Numbered from the stretch's first letter, positions 1 through 12,944 are shown. The stretch is DNA of 64,000 bases from Trichosphaerium sp. ATCC 40318 (GCA_038496445.1 JALMLS010000215.1:186001-250000), one strand, 5' to 3'. Numbers and translations are program-made. The notes: generated by a model from the letters alone, not told the origin.

Positions 1-3000
1 CATTAAACAATACCAAAAATCTCTACCGTACTTATTAGAATATATTTAGAGCAAGTTTTAGGGAACTGCTTTACAACAGTTCTCAGACTCTTGAGACGAA
101 CGCCAACAAAACTATAGGATTCCTAAAATAGAAAATTATTACTAGTAAGGTGTGAAAGAAGAAGCTTCTTCAACGTACTTCATCATCATCAACTGCAATA
201 TTTTTGTTTGTATTTTGTAGTGTCTCCATAACCTTATTGATCTTTGTGTTTTGCGATAACGAAGGACTTGGCACGCCTAAAGACAGTGAGTGAGTCAAAT
301 ATTGTTTTTTCATGAAAAAAATTTCTCTATCGAGTGGCCACATAGATGATGTCTTTACGCCTTAACACGCTATCATGTATTGATTTTACTTACCGTCGCA
401 TAGAATGAACATAAGTACACCATCAGCAGTATTTTTTTGAGCTAATTCAGAATATACTTCAGCTTCAGACAATGAAAATTGTCCAAAGTCAAACTCTAAA
501 AGTACATCCTTCTGTTTATCCGTACTAAAGTACAAACTGTTTCCATTAAACATATTCAAAGGAACATTTTGAGATGTAGGATTATGATCAGTTGAGTTTT
601 TGATTGTAGGTGTTAAAATACGGTCTTGAGGAACCTTGAAACAAAATAGTCAAAAAAAGGCAATGACGAGAAATTTTATCAGAAAAAAAAAGTAGGTCAT
701 GTGTTTGAGGTTCGCCCCTTCAGTACCTCAAAAGTTGTTTGCTTCGAAGAGTATTCGGCAGCATTGTTCCTTGATCTTGTAGTAAGAGCAGTATTCTTAG
801 GTCTTCTTGTACCACGCCTACTCTTAACCTTTTCTTTCTTTGTTTTTACTGATCCCTTTATACTTGCAGAAACTATACTAGAAGCTGTTCCACTGACAGA
901 TGACGCGCTACTTGATACAGCAGTGCGATGGGTTGAAGGTATGATTGTATTTGAAGGTCTACCTGACCTCTGACGCATATGAGCACGTCTTGTTTTTGTG
1001 AGATCTTCTCTGGTAAACCTACAAGCAAGAGATTAACTGACTGCTGTTTAAACAACAACAAAAAAAACGTACGTCAAAGTGAATGTTCTAGCTCCATTTC
1101 GTTCTTCTCTAGAACTAAGCTTATACCATTTCTTTCCGTCATATAACGTAGGCTTCTCTTGAATAGCTGCCATCTCTAGTAATTGAGCTGAACGCAAATA
1201 CAAGTTTTCTGCTTCTGTGTTATCAGGATTTGTTTCAGTGATGAAAATAGCCCACTGCCTAAATAAACAGTCCCGTGTTAGCATAACAAAAAGGGTTTAA
1301 AACAAAAACGTGGTGATTTCACAAATCTATCACGTGATAAATTTTGATGTGGATTATCTTACCGGAGTATATCTGCGCAAATGGAAAGTATTCTAGGCGA
1401 TTGTTGATACCACAAGAGAGCACGATACCATGTAAAAGCTCTAGCAAAAGATCTAACGGCTGTCTCAGCCTCGTATTTAGCTAATTCGCCGCCCATATAT
1501 TTATACTTGTATCGCTTGTAATTAAGAAACTTCAATAAACCCAGTGCAGGAAGAACTACGAAAATAGTTAAACGCTGAACAAAAAAAAAAAAACTAAAAA
1601 TGATTACCTCTGAATCTGCAAGGTACTTTGTGTACTTCGTAATTAGCTACAGCTTGCTGTTTTATTCTCCCAATATAGACTGGATGTTCTTCACATAATA
1701 GCTTTAATTTGGCTTCAGCCAACATCATATAATGATGACGCTTAGTAGATCCTTCACCTGAGTTTGAAAATAGTTAATAAATCATTTTTGAACCAAATAA
1801 TTACCATGAAGAAGAGCCAAGTCAACAAGGAGCTTCGCCCAGTCGAATAGACCTCTATGCTCTAAAGAAGCTTGTTCGAGTTTTTTGATAGCATTAAGTA
1901 ATCTTTCACGTTGCTTAGTGCCACTATACAAAGAGCTTTCATGAAACAAAGCCATAGCCCACTTATGCCTGAAGTAAAAAAAAGATAAGAAAACAACAGG
2001 AGTCTGTATTCAAAACAGGAATTGAGACACAGTTCACGTACAATACAATAGGATTATGAGGATTTGAAGCTGCTGCCGCTGCAAATCTCTTATTAGCTAG
2101 TACCATCAAACGAAGCTAATGAAGATGTGAGCCGAGTAATTCTACAATCAAAAATATCAATTGTTTAAAAACGCACAGCTTGGTCTCTGTTATTGCTCTT
2201 AATAGACATTGTAGCCTCATGTACAAGCATTTGTGCTTCAGCAAAGTCAACCAAGTCAAGATGCTTCACCTTAACAGCCAAACGTTGAATATCAACTTGA
2301 ATAAGCGAAATTCTAAGAAAAAATAAGCACGCAGTCTTCTAAACATAGATAGTAGTAAGACATGTACCTTTCGGTATGACCGTCAGCGAGGGCCTTTTGA
2401 ATATTGGGTGTAAACTGGAGACAATGTTAGCTTTGGTGATAAACAAGAGGAAACGCACTTTAATGCCACTGCAGACTTGAAGGCGCTTCCAGAATAGAGG
2501 AAGCTTTATAGAATCACGAAGATCATAACTTGGATGCAATTCTGCCTTATGCAAAGCATATGGAAATTGGTCTTGAATTGCTTGCTTTAACTTTGTAGGA
2601 TCACACCAATGCTCAAGCGACTTTTCTAAAAGAAAATTAGTTAACTGTTGATCAAAATCTGTGGTTCAAGTGCAGCTATAAAAAGTTGTCTCTTGCACTA
2701 AGTGTACCTTTATCGTGTCCTAAAAGTAGATTCAGTCTATCAACAACAACATGTGTATACGGCTCAGACATTGGAATAGCAATATCTTCCATTTTCTTGC
2801 GTAGTTCTGCCCGTAAAGCATTCTTGCAAACACGTGCACAAATCTACAAAAAAAAGAGAAGTTTAGTTCGTTTGGACTCACAACTGACAAGAGCAATTCA
2901 CCCACTTGTAAAAAATACAACAAACAAATACTACTAACTTATAACACGTACCTCAGATAGAATATACTCAGATTGCCAACTGAACTTACGTGTATCACCA

Positions 3001-5362
3001 CCATCTTTCTTCACTTCATCTTTTTTATTTAGTTCACGTCTAATACGTCCAAGGTGTCGACAATTAATTCCTTTACGATGAATATCATTTGTCAAGTCAC
3101 GTTCAACACGTGTAAACTCAGCTGGAGGCGTCAAAGCGAATTTTTCAGCATACTTTGGTATAATCTATTAAAAACTTTTTTTAGCTTCCTTCAAAGTTTC
3201 CAAAAAAAAAAAATGAACTCTCCCAAAGCCTTGACGTACCACATTAAATAAATACTTTGTTGCTACATCTAATAACTTCTCACCAGCAACACGTTCATCC
3301 TTACGAGAACAAAACTTTAATCCTCCATCAGGATTCAAAGATTTAGGGTACTTATAAACAAACTCCGGTCTCAACAAATTATAAAGATAAGTCGCTGTTT
3401 GTACAGGACCACGAGTGTCTATAGATTAATAAGAATGATTCCAAATGACCATATCATCTCAGACGTACCCACTGTACCCTCAGGCGGCATGACACGAGCG
3501 AAATCAATTACGTAATATTTACCAGGATGAGACTCCATTACATGCCCTTCAATATCGCCACAGTGATGAAGCAATACTTCTTTCCCACCTGAACCGACAT
3601 AGTGAGGTTTTAGATTTAAAGCTTTACCAACAGCACGCATCTATTTACGTCATTAGAAATAAACAATAAAGTAGTGAGTCAAATCAAAATTACTTCAAAA
3701 ACAAAATAGGAATCGTATTTTTCAAGACCCCTGCTGGCAGGAGCGCTACTTTGACGCTGAAAAAAATAACTCCTTTCTTTTCACGTAATGGATTACTGGC
3801 GATTCATTTTAGGAAGTGATGCCTTAGGGACAATTTGGAGCAAAAAAAGAAGCATCACATTAAAAAAATCGTACTTGGCTTGTAAGTTTTTCATCAGAGC
3901 AATGTACAGTACGGCCACCGTCATTACTTCCGTAGCAAAGCGTTTTTTTAGAAATAGGTAGTATTGATATAGCAGTAAGCCTATAACCTCTAAAAAAAAC
4001 ATTAATATTAGTAAAAACTACCAAACTCAGTTAAACGCATCAAAAAACAAATTACACGCGGTCACGTGACACAAATTATGTTTTTTCACTTGCGCATTAT
4101 TATAACAATTAAATGTTATACAGTAGAGAATATGGTAACATAGCTTCGAGCAGAAACAACAACTGAATGCAAAGGACGAATGAAAAAGAAAAAAAAAGGG
4201 TAAAGACATTCACAAATTTTTTTCTAGAATCTATGCACTTACCGATAGTCAATTAATGCCATAAGAGGATAGTAAAGATTAGGTGCTATATTTCTGGTAT
4301 TGAAAAAACTTATCAACCCCTAACACAAATCAGTTGGAATTCACTAAACGATTCTCAAAAAAATTCTTTGCTTTTCAAGAAATAAAAACTATCAAACCTT
4401 TAATTCATGTGACGCTGATTTATGAGCCAAGTGATCTGCACGCTCTGTCAATCCATACATCCAACGAGATGTATTATGGACTAGCGTATCAACAGCGAAT
4501 TTAAACAAAATACCGTGAGAGAAGTACTACAGAAACTAGTCAATCGAATGGTTGTTGTAAAAATTATGATTCCTTTTCCGGGCTCCACAAAAAATTATGC
4601 CCACTCGTAGCACGTGTACGAGCCTAGCGTGCTTGAGTTACAATATTTACGCTTACCTTTACGCCACCTGCTAATCCACCAGCAGTTGGTTGAGCTTTTA
4701 TCGTCTTCATGTCGTCTGGAAGGTTTTTTTCTGATATAATCACTTTTCCGTATGTTTTAGCGCAATAGAAGAAGTCCCTTCGCAAAAAATGCATTTAACA
4801 CATACACTGGGCGGTTGTTATCTAATTCAACGACGATACCTGGATAATTCGGCTAGTCGAGTGTATTTAACGTGTTCTTCAGCGTCGTCATCAAGAATGC
4901 TACAAAATGGTTAGATACAAGCCCGTTAGTATTGATTGCACGCGAAATGGCGCTTAGGAGGTAATATTTGTTGACATTTGAACGTACCTCTTAAATTCAC
5001 CTCCCCAATCACGTACAGGCTTTTTTTGATTAAAACCGAAGTCTGTGAAGTGTCATTTAGTAAAAAACTTCAAATTAGAATTATAGCATTGCTGAGACAT
5101 ACTTGTAGTAGGAGAAGAGCCGTCATCATTACCGCTCGGACCACTTTGACCTTCATAATGTTACTAATCCGTTAAACTCCTTTGATATTGTTCATGTACC
5201 TGCTCCGTAATCGTCTGTATCGTATGCGAAGTACTTTACATTTATTGGTTTGGCACTACTGCGGTTCTTTTTATTACGGTTCGCTTTTTTATGAACTTGC
5301 GGTGGTGGCGGCGTGTAAGCGTCATAATTGAAGTCAGCGGCTTCTGGGTCAATCTTAGACAT
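1..5362 (-). CDS. Multi-exon Clu-domain (clustered-mitochondria-like) protein with downstream helical/TPR-like region; 3' end runs off the window
   Basis: Spliced minus-strand exons give Clu-domain motifs in order: DFFYCAKTYGKVIISE..KTIKAQPTAGGLAGG (4660-4780), SASHELKG, YPLMALIDYR|GYRLTAISILPI..TLCYGSNDGG, CGDIEGH..YVIDFARVMPPE, LRPEFV, HRKGINCRHLGRIR. Likely ATG at 5362 (MSKIDPEAAD). Confidence 0.8.
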
Positions 5363-5525
5363 GTGCTACAACCATTCGACTTCCGCAACGCCTCTAGTTA
5401 CAAATAACACTATAAATATGGTGTGATACCTAAAATAAAGGCAATCTGATATTAAGGTTTATCGCTACTTAATTCAAAAAAAAATGTGTACGCGATTAAC
5501 TACACGTAATGTTGGTACTGTACAT

Positions 5526-6077
5526 TTATTCTTTATTACACGATGGTTCTTGTTTGCTTATAACACCGATATCTTCTAATTGTTTCAAAACGTTTTCGGA
5601 TCCTTCAAGCTTGTTCGCAATGCGTGCTAGAACCTTCCCATGACAGGGCTTTGGCACACACCAACACCCAAGCCTTTTACCTCGCAACTCATGAATGTCC
5701 TTTAAAAGGTCTCTGTTATCCTTTAGATATTGCTCAAACATCTCACACGCCGTTTTGTTGCCATACTTCTTACCACTGTAAGGATTGGCCTGTAGTACGT
5801 AAATACACCTCAGCACACTTCTAACGTGGTTGTTATTATTAAAACTTACCCATTTCGATTTCGGTAAGTCCCAGCCACCCATGGTCCATCTGCGACCAAC
5901 GTAGATGTCGCAGTCTTGAACAACCTTTCCACCTTTACGACGTATCCTCACAACGCTCGCTTTTTTCGTCGTAAGGGTCGCTTGTACCTTTGGTTTCTTC
6001 TTAGGTGGCTGGGTACCGCTTTTAATATCAGGCCGCTCTTTGCGCTTGGTGCCTGGTTTGTTTGTTGCTTCACTCAT
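5526..6077 (-). CDS. DUF4326-family protein with Lys-rich N-terminus; one 60-nt in-frame intron (5790-5849)
   Basis: Motifs DIYVGR..GW..SKW|ANPY and ELRGKRLGCWCVPKPCHGKVL. Removing GTAAGT...CTACAG restores the family motif SKWANP. Confidence 0.85.
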   Translation of the reverse strand: MSEATNKPGTKRKERPDIKSGTQPPKKKPKVQATLTTKKASVVRIRRKGGKVVQDCDIYVGRRWTMGGWDLPKSKWVSFNNNNHVRSVLRCIYVLQANPYSGKKYGNKTACEMFEQYLKDNRDLLKDIHELRGKRLGCWCVPKPCHGKVLARIANKLEGSENVLKQLEDIGVISKQEPSCNKE

Positions 6078-7477
6078 ATTGGTTGCGTTTTATACATTCT
6101 AAATGACTGGTAGAAAAGTTAACAACTTGTATTAAGCTGCACAAAAAGTCAAGTTTCATTGAAGAGCAAAAGTTTGTTGAAAAAGTGTTCTTACAAGACA
6201 CACGCTGTACGGAAATTCTTTTTTTGAACGGTTTACAATGCCCGATGGTATAGCAAGTCGCCTGAGGTAGTTGCAACTAGTATTCGTATTATTAAGAAAA
6301 AGTCTCCAAGTCTTCTACACACCTGCTTTTGCATCTAGGTGTTAGTATTAATGCGTTGTAGCCATTAGTTTTTGAAAGAAATTGTGTGGACGATTGGAAA
6401 TTGATTGTTAATTATTTCCGTTTTTAGTACAAACTCTGATGCTACTAGTTTTCGCATTTCCGCTCTTATATACAGCTAACGGTTGAACGCCGCCACATGT
6501 GCGTGGATTTCAACCTAATCTGGTAACAAAGCCCCTAATTCACTGGCATTGTGGGTAAATTACGCCGTGAGGCTGAAAATTCTGTCAAAAAAAAGTGTAA
6601 AATACTCTTCAGTAAACGAAAACCGACAATCTACAACTACTTAGTATTGTCCTACAGGTAATAAACACATTGTGATATTGGTTTTAGCCCGCGCTTGAGT
6701 AGCTGGAGAGTTTTGGGAGGGCTCGGATCTGGTTTCCAAACGTATTCCCGACCCTATTCTCGGGTCGTAAAAGAGTTTTGCATTGTGTCGCAGTAGCGTT
6801 TGGAACGCTTGGGGAAAATCTAGGTATCAACGACTTAGAAGCGAACCTAATAGTAAAACTGGGTTTTGTACCATTGTAGCATGCCCTGGTAGCGCTAAAA
6901 AAAAGCTGGAATAACGTGTTCAAGAAAAAACACAAACTGCACTAAAAGTGAGTAAAAAAGGTCGTAAACGCGTGCCGTAGTGGCTTGATTACAATATTGG
7001 CGACTTTGCATTTTGACAGCTGTCGTTCATGAAAATAGATGACGCAATCAACATTTTTGTTTCAGAACAAAAGTCAGTTTCGTCGCATGTTTAGCGTTTC
7101 ATAGGTACAGTAGTACATATTTATTGCTTTTTGACAGTATTGTACAAAAATAGCGAACATTCGTACGGCTTTTCGCTTTCGCATCTTAAACGTTTACATA
7201 ACGGATTGCAAAATTTCAAAAAGACGCTAGGGTCGGGTTAAATCTCCATGACTGAGCTTCAGTGAAATCACATGTGATTTTGGTAGTTTTTATTGCGTAC
7301 TGAGTGCAATAAAGAGTTACAAAGTACTTCTCATTGAAAAATAAACCTCGTGAACTAGTATGTACGATTTGCAATGTTGACGGGCGTTAAGTGAAAATTT
7401 TACTTATTTTGACGTTTTTTTTGGCTCGGAAAAATCGACCAATGGGTAGATTCTATATCTGAAATACATAACACAAC

Positions 7478-8447
7478 ATGACGCAACAAATGTCACAACA
7501 ACAAACGTTATTGGAGTTTTTCCTTACGCTATGCGCACCTACCAGAGAGTTTTCGCAACGATGCACGGTAATCAATCACTGAAAGAGGGCTAAGTCGCTG
7601 ATTTTTTTGTTAAGGTCCACTTCAAAGGAAACGTCACAAAGCCAGGATGGTTAGTATACTTGAGCAAAAAGGCTACAAAAATATTTCTAGCACGCGGAAA
7701 GGGAGTAGAATCTACGTTGCGCAATGCGTATGATTTCGGTATTCGCTCTACAATACCTGTACGGCTCATACTACACTCAAAAAAAATAGTGCAACTACTT
7801 ACAGGTTTCTCAGGGCGTCCGACGACAATTTACACAAAGAATAAAGGGAGGTCGCTCGGTTCATGAATTTGTCTTATTCCACCCACATGCGCCTAACATG
7901 CGCGCTTTTTACGATCCCGCTGATTATAAACGCGTTCGTCACTACAAAGTACAAGGTATGCTGAATTTCTCCTTTGATCCCTTTCTTACGCGCCCAAGGC
8001 TTTAAACATGTAACCCACGATATTACAACAGTTGATGAAGTCGTACAACCAATGATGAAACCACAAGCGCCTGCAGTACAATGGAGCGGTAAAGTATGCT
8101 TTAATCCTACATTATCTGGCGAATCAGCTTGCTTTTCTCCTTGCTTGAACAACTCTTCACCGTTTTTTGATGATTACGGAGACGAATTCACCCAAGAGTT
8201 CCCAATGCCTCCTGCAGAAGAACAAATACGTAATGATGGTACGTGATTAACTATCAAGTAGACTTTTTGTGTTCGCGTAGCTAATAAATTTTTTGTAGAT
8301 TGTGTTTCGCTTACATCCTCTACCGAAATAATACTAGAGAAGCGCTTAGAAGAAATGACGCGGCGATGTATTGCTTTAGAAAATGAAAACAGAATGCTTC
8401 AAAACAACATGAATTTGTTAATGACGCTATACTCTGTAGACGGTTAA
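7478..8447 (+). CDS. Hypothetical multi-exon protein with C-terminal coiled coil (possible transcription regulator)
   Basis: ATG at 7478 (MTQQMSQQQ) and GT-AG bounded exons. Last exon reads IILEKRLEEMTRRCIALENENRMLQNNMNLL..DG*. Confidence 0.5.
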
Positions 8448-10172
8448 AGAATCAAGGCTGTGTTATCAACGACGACAAAACTTTTTTTCAAATTAAAAAC
8501 CCTCTACACGATACAGCTTTATTTATTTATTACCCCCACGAACACCCTTGTAATCCTAGTAAACCACTTGTAATTCTTACCTTCTGTCCGTTCTTGTTTC
8601 AGAAAACGATTACAATAACATTGTTGTGATTCTATAGCGTGACACTGCCACCATAACTGCTATTGCTCGCCATTCTCTTCCAATCTTTAATGCGCTACCG
8701 TCTGTGTTACAACGCTAGTGTAGTATCTTGTAAATAGCGCGAACTAGCGCACCTAGGCTGTTGGGCGTAGAGTACTTCAATCATGGAACAAGTTACTCGA
8801 GAACAGTTAACAAGCTGCATCCCAATCGCGCTGATTAGCTCGGAGGAGCGAAAAGAGCGTTTTTTATGACGTTTCAAACCCAAATCGGCAGATCACGTTT
8901 TTTTGAACCAACACGGTTTTAAAACAACCTTCCACGCCATAAACAAGCGACGATAGACATAGAAGTTAGATACAGCCTCGCTGGTTTAAATTAAGAAGGT
9001 CGCGAAACTACTTCGCTTTTGGTCCTACTACTGCGTACTAGCATCGATGCTTGTTGATCTGACATTTCTTTCAAAACCAAGTTTTTTGCAATAAAATAGA
9101 ATTTTGCGGATAATTTGGTCGAGCGTGTTCGTTCTACGGTGAACAGGATCGAGAGTTTAACTGTGCTTATTATCGTCATGTTTGGGGTTATAACTAGCAC
9201 GGCGGAAGTTCGTTGGATGCGTGTTTATAACGGTAGGCGTTTGCAACGCAATGCAATCTAAAGCTTGCAACTGCCTACCAAGGTATGTTGCAAAAAGAGG
9301 TTTGTGTGCCTACTAATGATCCAATCATTAGTCCGGCGAGGGTCCTGCGTTATACAAGAGGCAGGACTCCTGAGGAATTGTTGTATGGATAATCAGAGAT
9401 CACCTTACTTCCTGATATATTATTTTCGCTCTTTCATATTTAAGGACTCACAAACTGTCCAGAAAAAAATTGTGGTATTAATACTTGAGAAACAGAAGTG
9501 AAGGTTCAACGAAGAAAGGGATCACGTGATTTGGTGCATTATCCGAAATTCTAAGAGCATAGTTCGAAAAACAGTTCAGTTTTCTTTTTTTCCGTATTGT
9601 TTGCACTAAATAAATAGTTCTACCGTTTGAACACGTGTTTGTGACTATTCCAGCTATTAGGTACGTAGCTTAAGAATATTTATAGAGTACGAATCGACAT
9701 GTAGTGGTGAAGATATTCTAGATACAGAGCTGTGTTGTACTTACACATAATTTTTTTTGGAATGTGGTAAAAAAAAAGGAGCTTGATTTTTTCTCGAAAA
9801 CGGCGCTATTACAGTCATACAGACAGAGATACACATACAAATCCGATTTGAATTTGCATTGAGGTGTTACTCTAACAAAATCTGGTCTGTCAAGGCGGTT
9901 TGTGAGCACGTGTAAACCGTACTGAGTCACCTATCAACAATTGCAATTGATACAGAATACCAGCTGTTCCTATTGATGTATACGAGCAGCAGGTCTTGTG
10001 CTTGCTACACTAGAGCAATTTCAAGTCATGTCATTGACAAGGCATAAAAACTATTGTTGTGTTGAAGATTAATACCTGATAACTAATCAAGAAGACACTC
10101 AACTTGTTTTTTATGGATACTTTTTTCGAACGAAATTGTGTTATTGAGTGTTGTTGAAGAAAAAAAGAAACC

Positions 10173-10316
10173 AAAAGATCCAACCCTTTCGGGATAAGAG
10201 AAGAGTGTTTACCATTACACCACAGGAGGTCTCCTTCCCCCCTGCCGGGAATCGAACCGCGGAGCTTAACAGTATGATAGTTAGAATTTCTTGTTTGTAA
10301 AGTTACTATTGGATCT
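10173..10316 (-). ncRNA. Circularly permuted tRNA-like element (T-arm, acceptor stem closed by a short loop, D-arm), closed by a terminal stem and oligo(T)
   Basis: Minus strand reads CCGCGG-TTCGATT-CCCGG CAGGGGG G AAGGAGA CCTCCTG TG GTGT-AATGGTAA-ACAC. AGATCCAA (10316-10309) pairs with TTGGATCT (10183-10176), which is followed by a T run. No canonical anticodon arm is identifiable. Confidence 0.55.
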
Positions 10317-10739
10317 GACGAAAGTATGCGCTATTATGAAGGTTGTATCAAGTGTTACCAATCACAGTATGTGACTTACATAATACACAATTTTTAATGT
10401 GAATCAAACAACAGTAAGAAACATAAAGGAACTTTTAATGATATCACGCAAAGAATACAACACTTAACTTTACTTCCAACAGACCAGCACTTATCACGTG
10501 ATTTAACAACGTATCAGTGAACTTGACAAACAAGAATGATCATGAACACTGTGTGTTATTGGCAAGTTAAGAATTTGAATTGGCTTCGCATACAAAACCG
10601 AAACCAAAAAAACCACCATATCATTAATCATTGTTAATATTTTTCTCTGAATGTACCTAATAATGCATTTAACCAGACTTAAACCGACCTCATACACGAC
10701 TCTCACGTTTCATTCTGCTATCGCTAAGTAGAAGATAGT

Positions 10740-11765
10740 ATGGAAACAACAAACAAATGCGATATGAGTGAATTGAATGATACGGAGCTTTTAGCTGTAC
10801 CAACAGAGATACTGGCCCATTTACTATCGTTTTTGGGCCGTTTCGATCGATTCCCCGTTTCTCAAAGCTGTAAACGCTTATCAGACGTCATTCACCATCA
10901 TGTTGGATACGATTACATCGCAGTAAACTCAAGCGAGGTTTGTTCTCGACTTTCAGGAAGTCCTCTCCTAAAAAACACCAGAATCAACTTTTACGAAGAC
11001 GGAAGTGACGAGGATCTTTCTTGTCTTTCGGGTGTTCACTGGTTAACTGCAATTTCAAATAAGAAAATAACAGATGTTGGCTTGAATCACGTGCGTGGTG
11101 TACATACAATAGACTTGACTAGTTGTGCGTCTATCACAGATAAGGGTATTTCAGCGTTAGCTGGAGTGCATACCATACACTTGACTGGAACCTCAGTAAC
11201 AGATAAGGGTATTTCAGCATTGACTGGAGTACATACAATAAGTTTATCACGAACATCAGTCACAGACAAAGGTATTTCAGCGTTAGTTGGTGTACATACA
11301 ATAGATTTGTCTATGACAAGAGTTACAGACGCATCAGTACTTGCTGGTGTACACAAAATTGATTTAAGTGAAACGTATGTGACAGACGAAGGTATTTCAG
11401 CTTTGGTTGGGGTTCACACAATAGATATAAGTTTTTGTGACTTCATCACAGATAAGGGTATATCAGCATTGACTGGTGTACATACAATTCATCTCCAAGG
11501 TATTGAGAATGTAGGAGATAGTATGAAGAGTCTCAAGAACGCTCACACTATTGATATATCACGTTCAAATGCTAGAGATGATTGGCTTGTTCCACTTTCA
11601 AGTGTTAAAGTGTTACACATTGTTGGATGTTATCTACTTACAGATAAAGGTATTGAAGGGCTATCTAGCATACAAGAGCTTATGTTATCGTCTAGTAATG
11701 ATAAAATAACACGAAAATGTATCACTAGCCTTGAAAAAAATGGTGTAACAATAAAGCGAGAATAA
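10740..11765 (+). CDS. Intronless F-box + leucine-rich repeat protein
   Basis: F-box LLAVPTEILAHLLSFL..VSQSCKRL, followed by about 9 repeats of L.GVHTIDLS.T.VTDKGISA. Confidence 0.9.
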   Translation: METTNKCDMSELNDTELLAVPTEILAHLLSFLGRFDRFPVSQSCKRLSDVIHHHVGYDYIAVNSSEVCSRLSGSPLLKNTRINFYEDGSDEDLSCLSGVHWLTAISNKKITDVGLNHVRGVHTIDLTSCASITDKGISALAGVHTIHLTGTSVTDKGISALTGVHTISLSRTSVTDKGISALVGVHTIDLSMTRVTDASVLAGVHKIDLSETYVTDEGISALVGVHTIDISFCDFITDKGISALTGVHTIHLQGIENVGDSMKSLKNAHTIDISRSNARDDWLVPLSSVKVLHIVGCYLLTDKGIEGLSSIQELMLSSSNDKITRKCITSLEKNGVTIKRE

Positions 11766-11882
11766 AAAAGAACTTCTCATTATTGAACAACTCAATTTTT
11801 TTGTTTATTTCTTATGTCGAAAATTAGTCATAAGTTGTATCCTTTCTTCTTTGTTTGAAGATCGCTTCCTATACAGATTTGA

Positions 11883-12944
11883 GATTACACACGAGACGTA
11901 TGTAAGTTGAGCTCACCGTGATGATACACATGGATCAGGGGTGTGAAACTAGGTAGATATACAAGCGGAGCAAATTGGAACTCTTCGAAGACAGTAGTTT
12001 TCGAAGAACCTAAAGAGAGGTCACAAATAAATCATGTTAAATCTTAAATGACACACCTGTTGTTTTATCAATGACGGCAGAGGCTTGAACTTCAGAAGTT
12101 ACAAGCAAGTTATTATCATCTAGCTTTGTCGGCGTCCCAAAAAAAGGAATAGTGTCGCTGAAATTAGGAAGCCTTTGTAGATCAATAATGCATGGGTCTG
12201 CATTAAGAGATGATGTATCAATCTGAGAAAGTACTGCAATTGCATTATTAACAGTAAACTTGATGAGAAAGGTTTCATCGCCATCAGCTACAACTGCAAA
12301 GAAGTGTTTTAGTTCAGCAATAAAAGGGTCTTATTTCGTAACGTACTACCACCTGTTATTCCTCCTTGTATCGCACACGATGCAATAGGTTCAGATATGC
12401 AATTATTGATGTTGTTGATGTCAAGGGTGTATGTGTTTATCGATGTGGCTGATGCAACAATAAACGTGTTTTCGTCTATGAATTGACCATTTTGAACAAA
12501 GCCATCAGGCAGTGAACCAGTGCAAACAAAAGTATCATCTATTCTTTTTACTGATACTATAGGTAAGGCAGATTCTCCATACTGAGCGATTATAAGCAGC
12601 ATTGATCCATCAAAGGAAGGTACTTTGAGTATGAGTTAGTACTCAGCTTTTTAGAAAAAAAAACGCAAATAGAAGCAGCTCTCTACGTACTGACTCTTGA
12701 TAACGGTAAAGATTCTTGTCCTGGAAAATTTGCTGATACGCCAAAAGGCCTAGGCTCTGATATTAAAGTTAGTAATGATAATTTGAACACGTGATGTACC
12801 GGTATCAAACTCCAAATCGGATTTGAATATTTGTACAACTGTGGGGTCTGTTGGTACTGCACTGATGAATACGGGTGGTTCTTGGCATTTAGTTACTGTT
12901 GATATAGCAGCCAGTAGTAGAAGTATGGAGATAAGGTGTTTCAT
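11883..12944 (-). CDS. Hypothetical secreted protein, multi-exon
   Basis: Signal peptide MKHLISILLLLAAISTVTKC. Several GT-AG bounded exons include ORF 12309-12602. The 3' end is approximate. Confidence 0.55.

Noticed and set aside
9200-9515. RNase P RNA (GGAAGTTCG resembles CR-I)
   Set aside because: No convincing CR-V/P4 partner or closing P1 helix.
5526-11765. Endogenous giant-virus insertion
   Set aside because: No viral core genes (capsid, packaging ATPase, polB) are present, and DUF4326 and its neighbours have spliceosomal introns.
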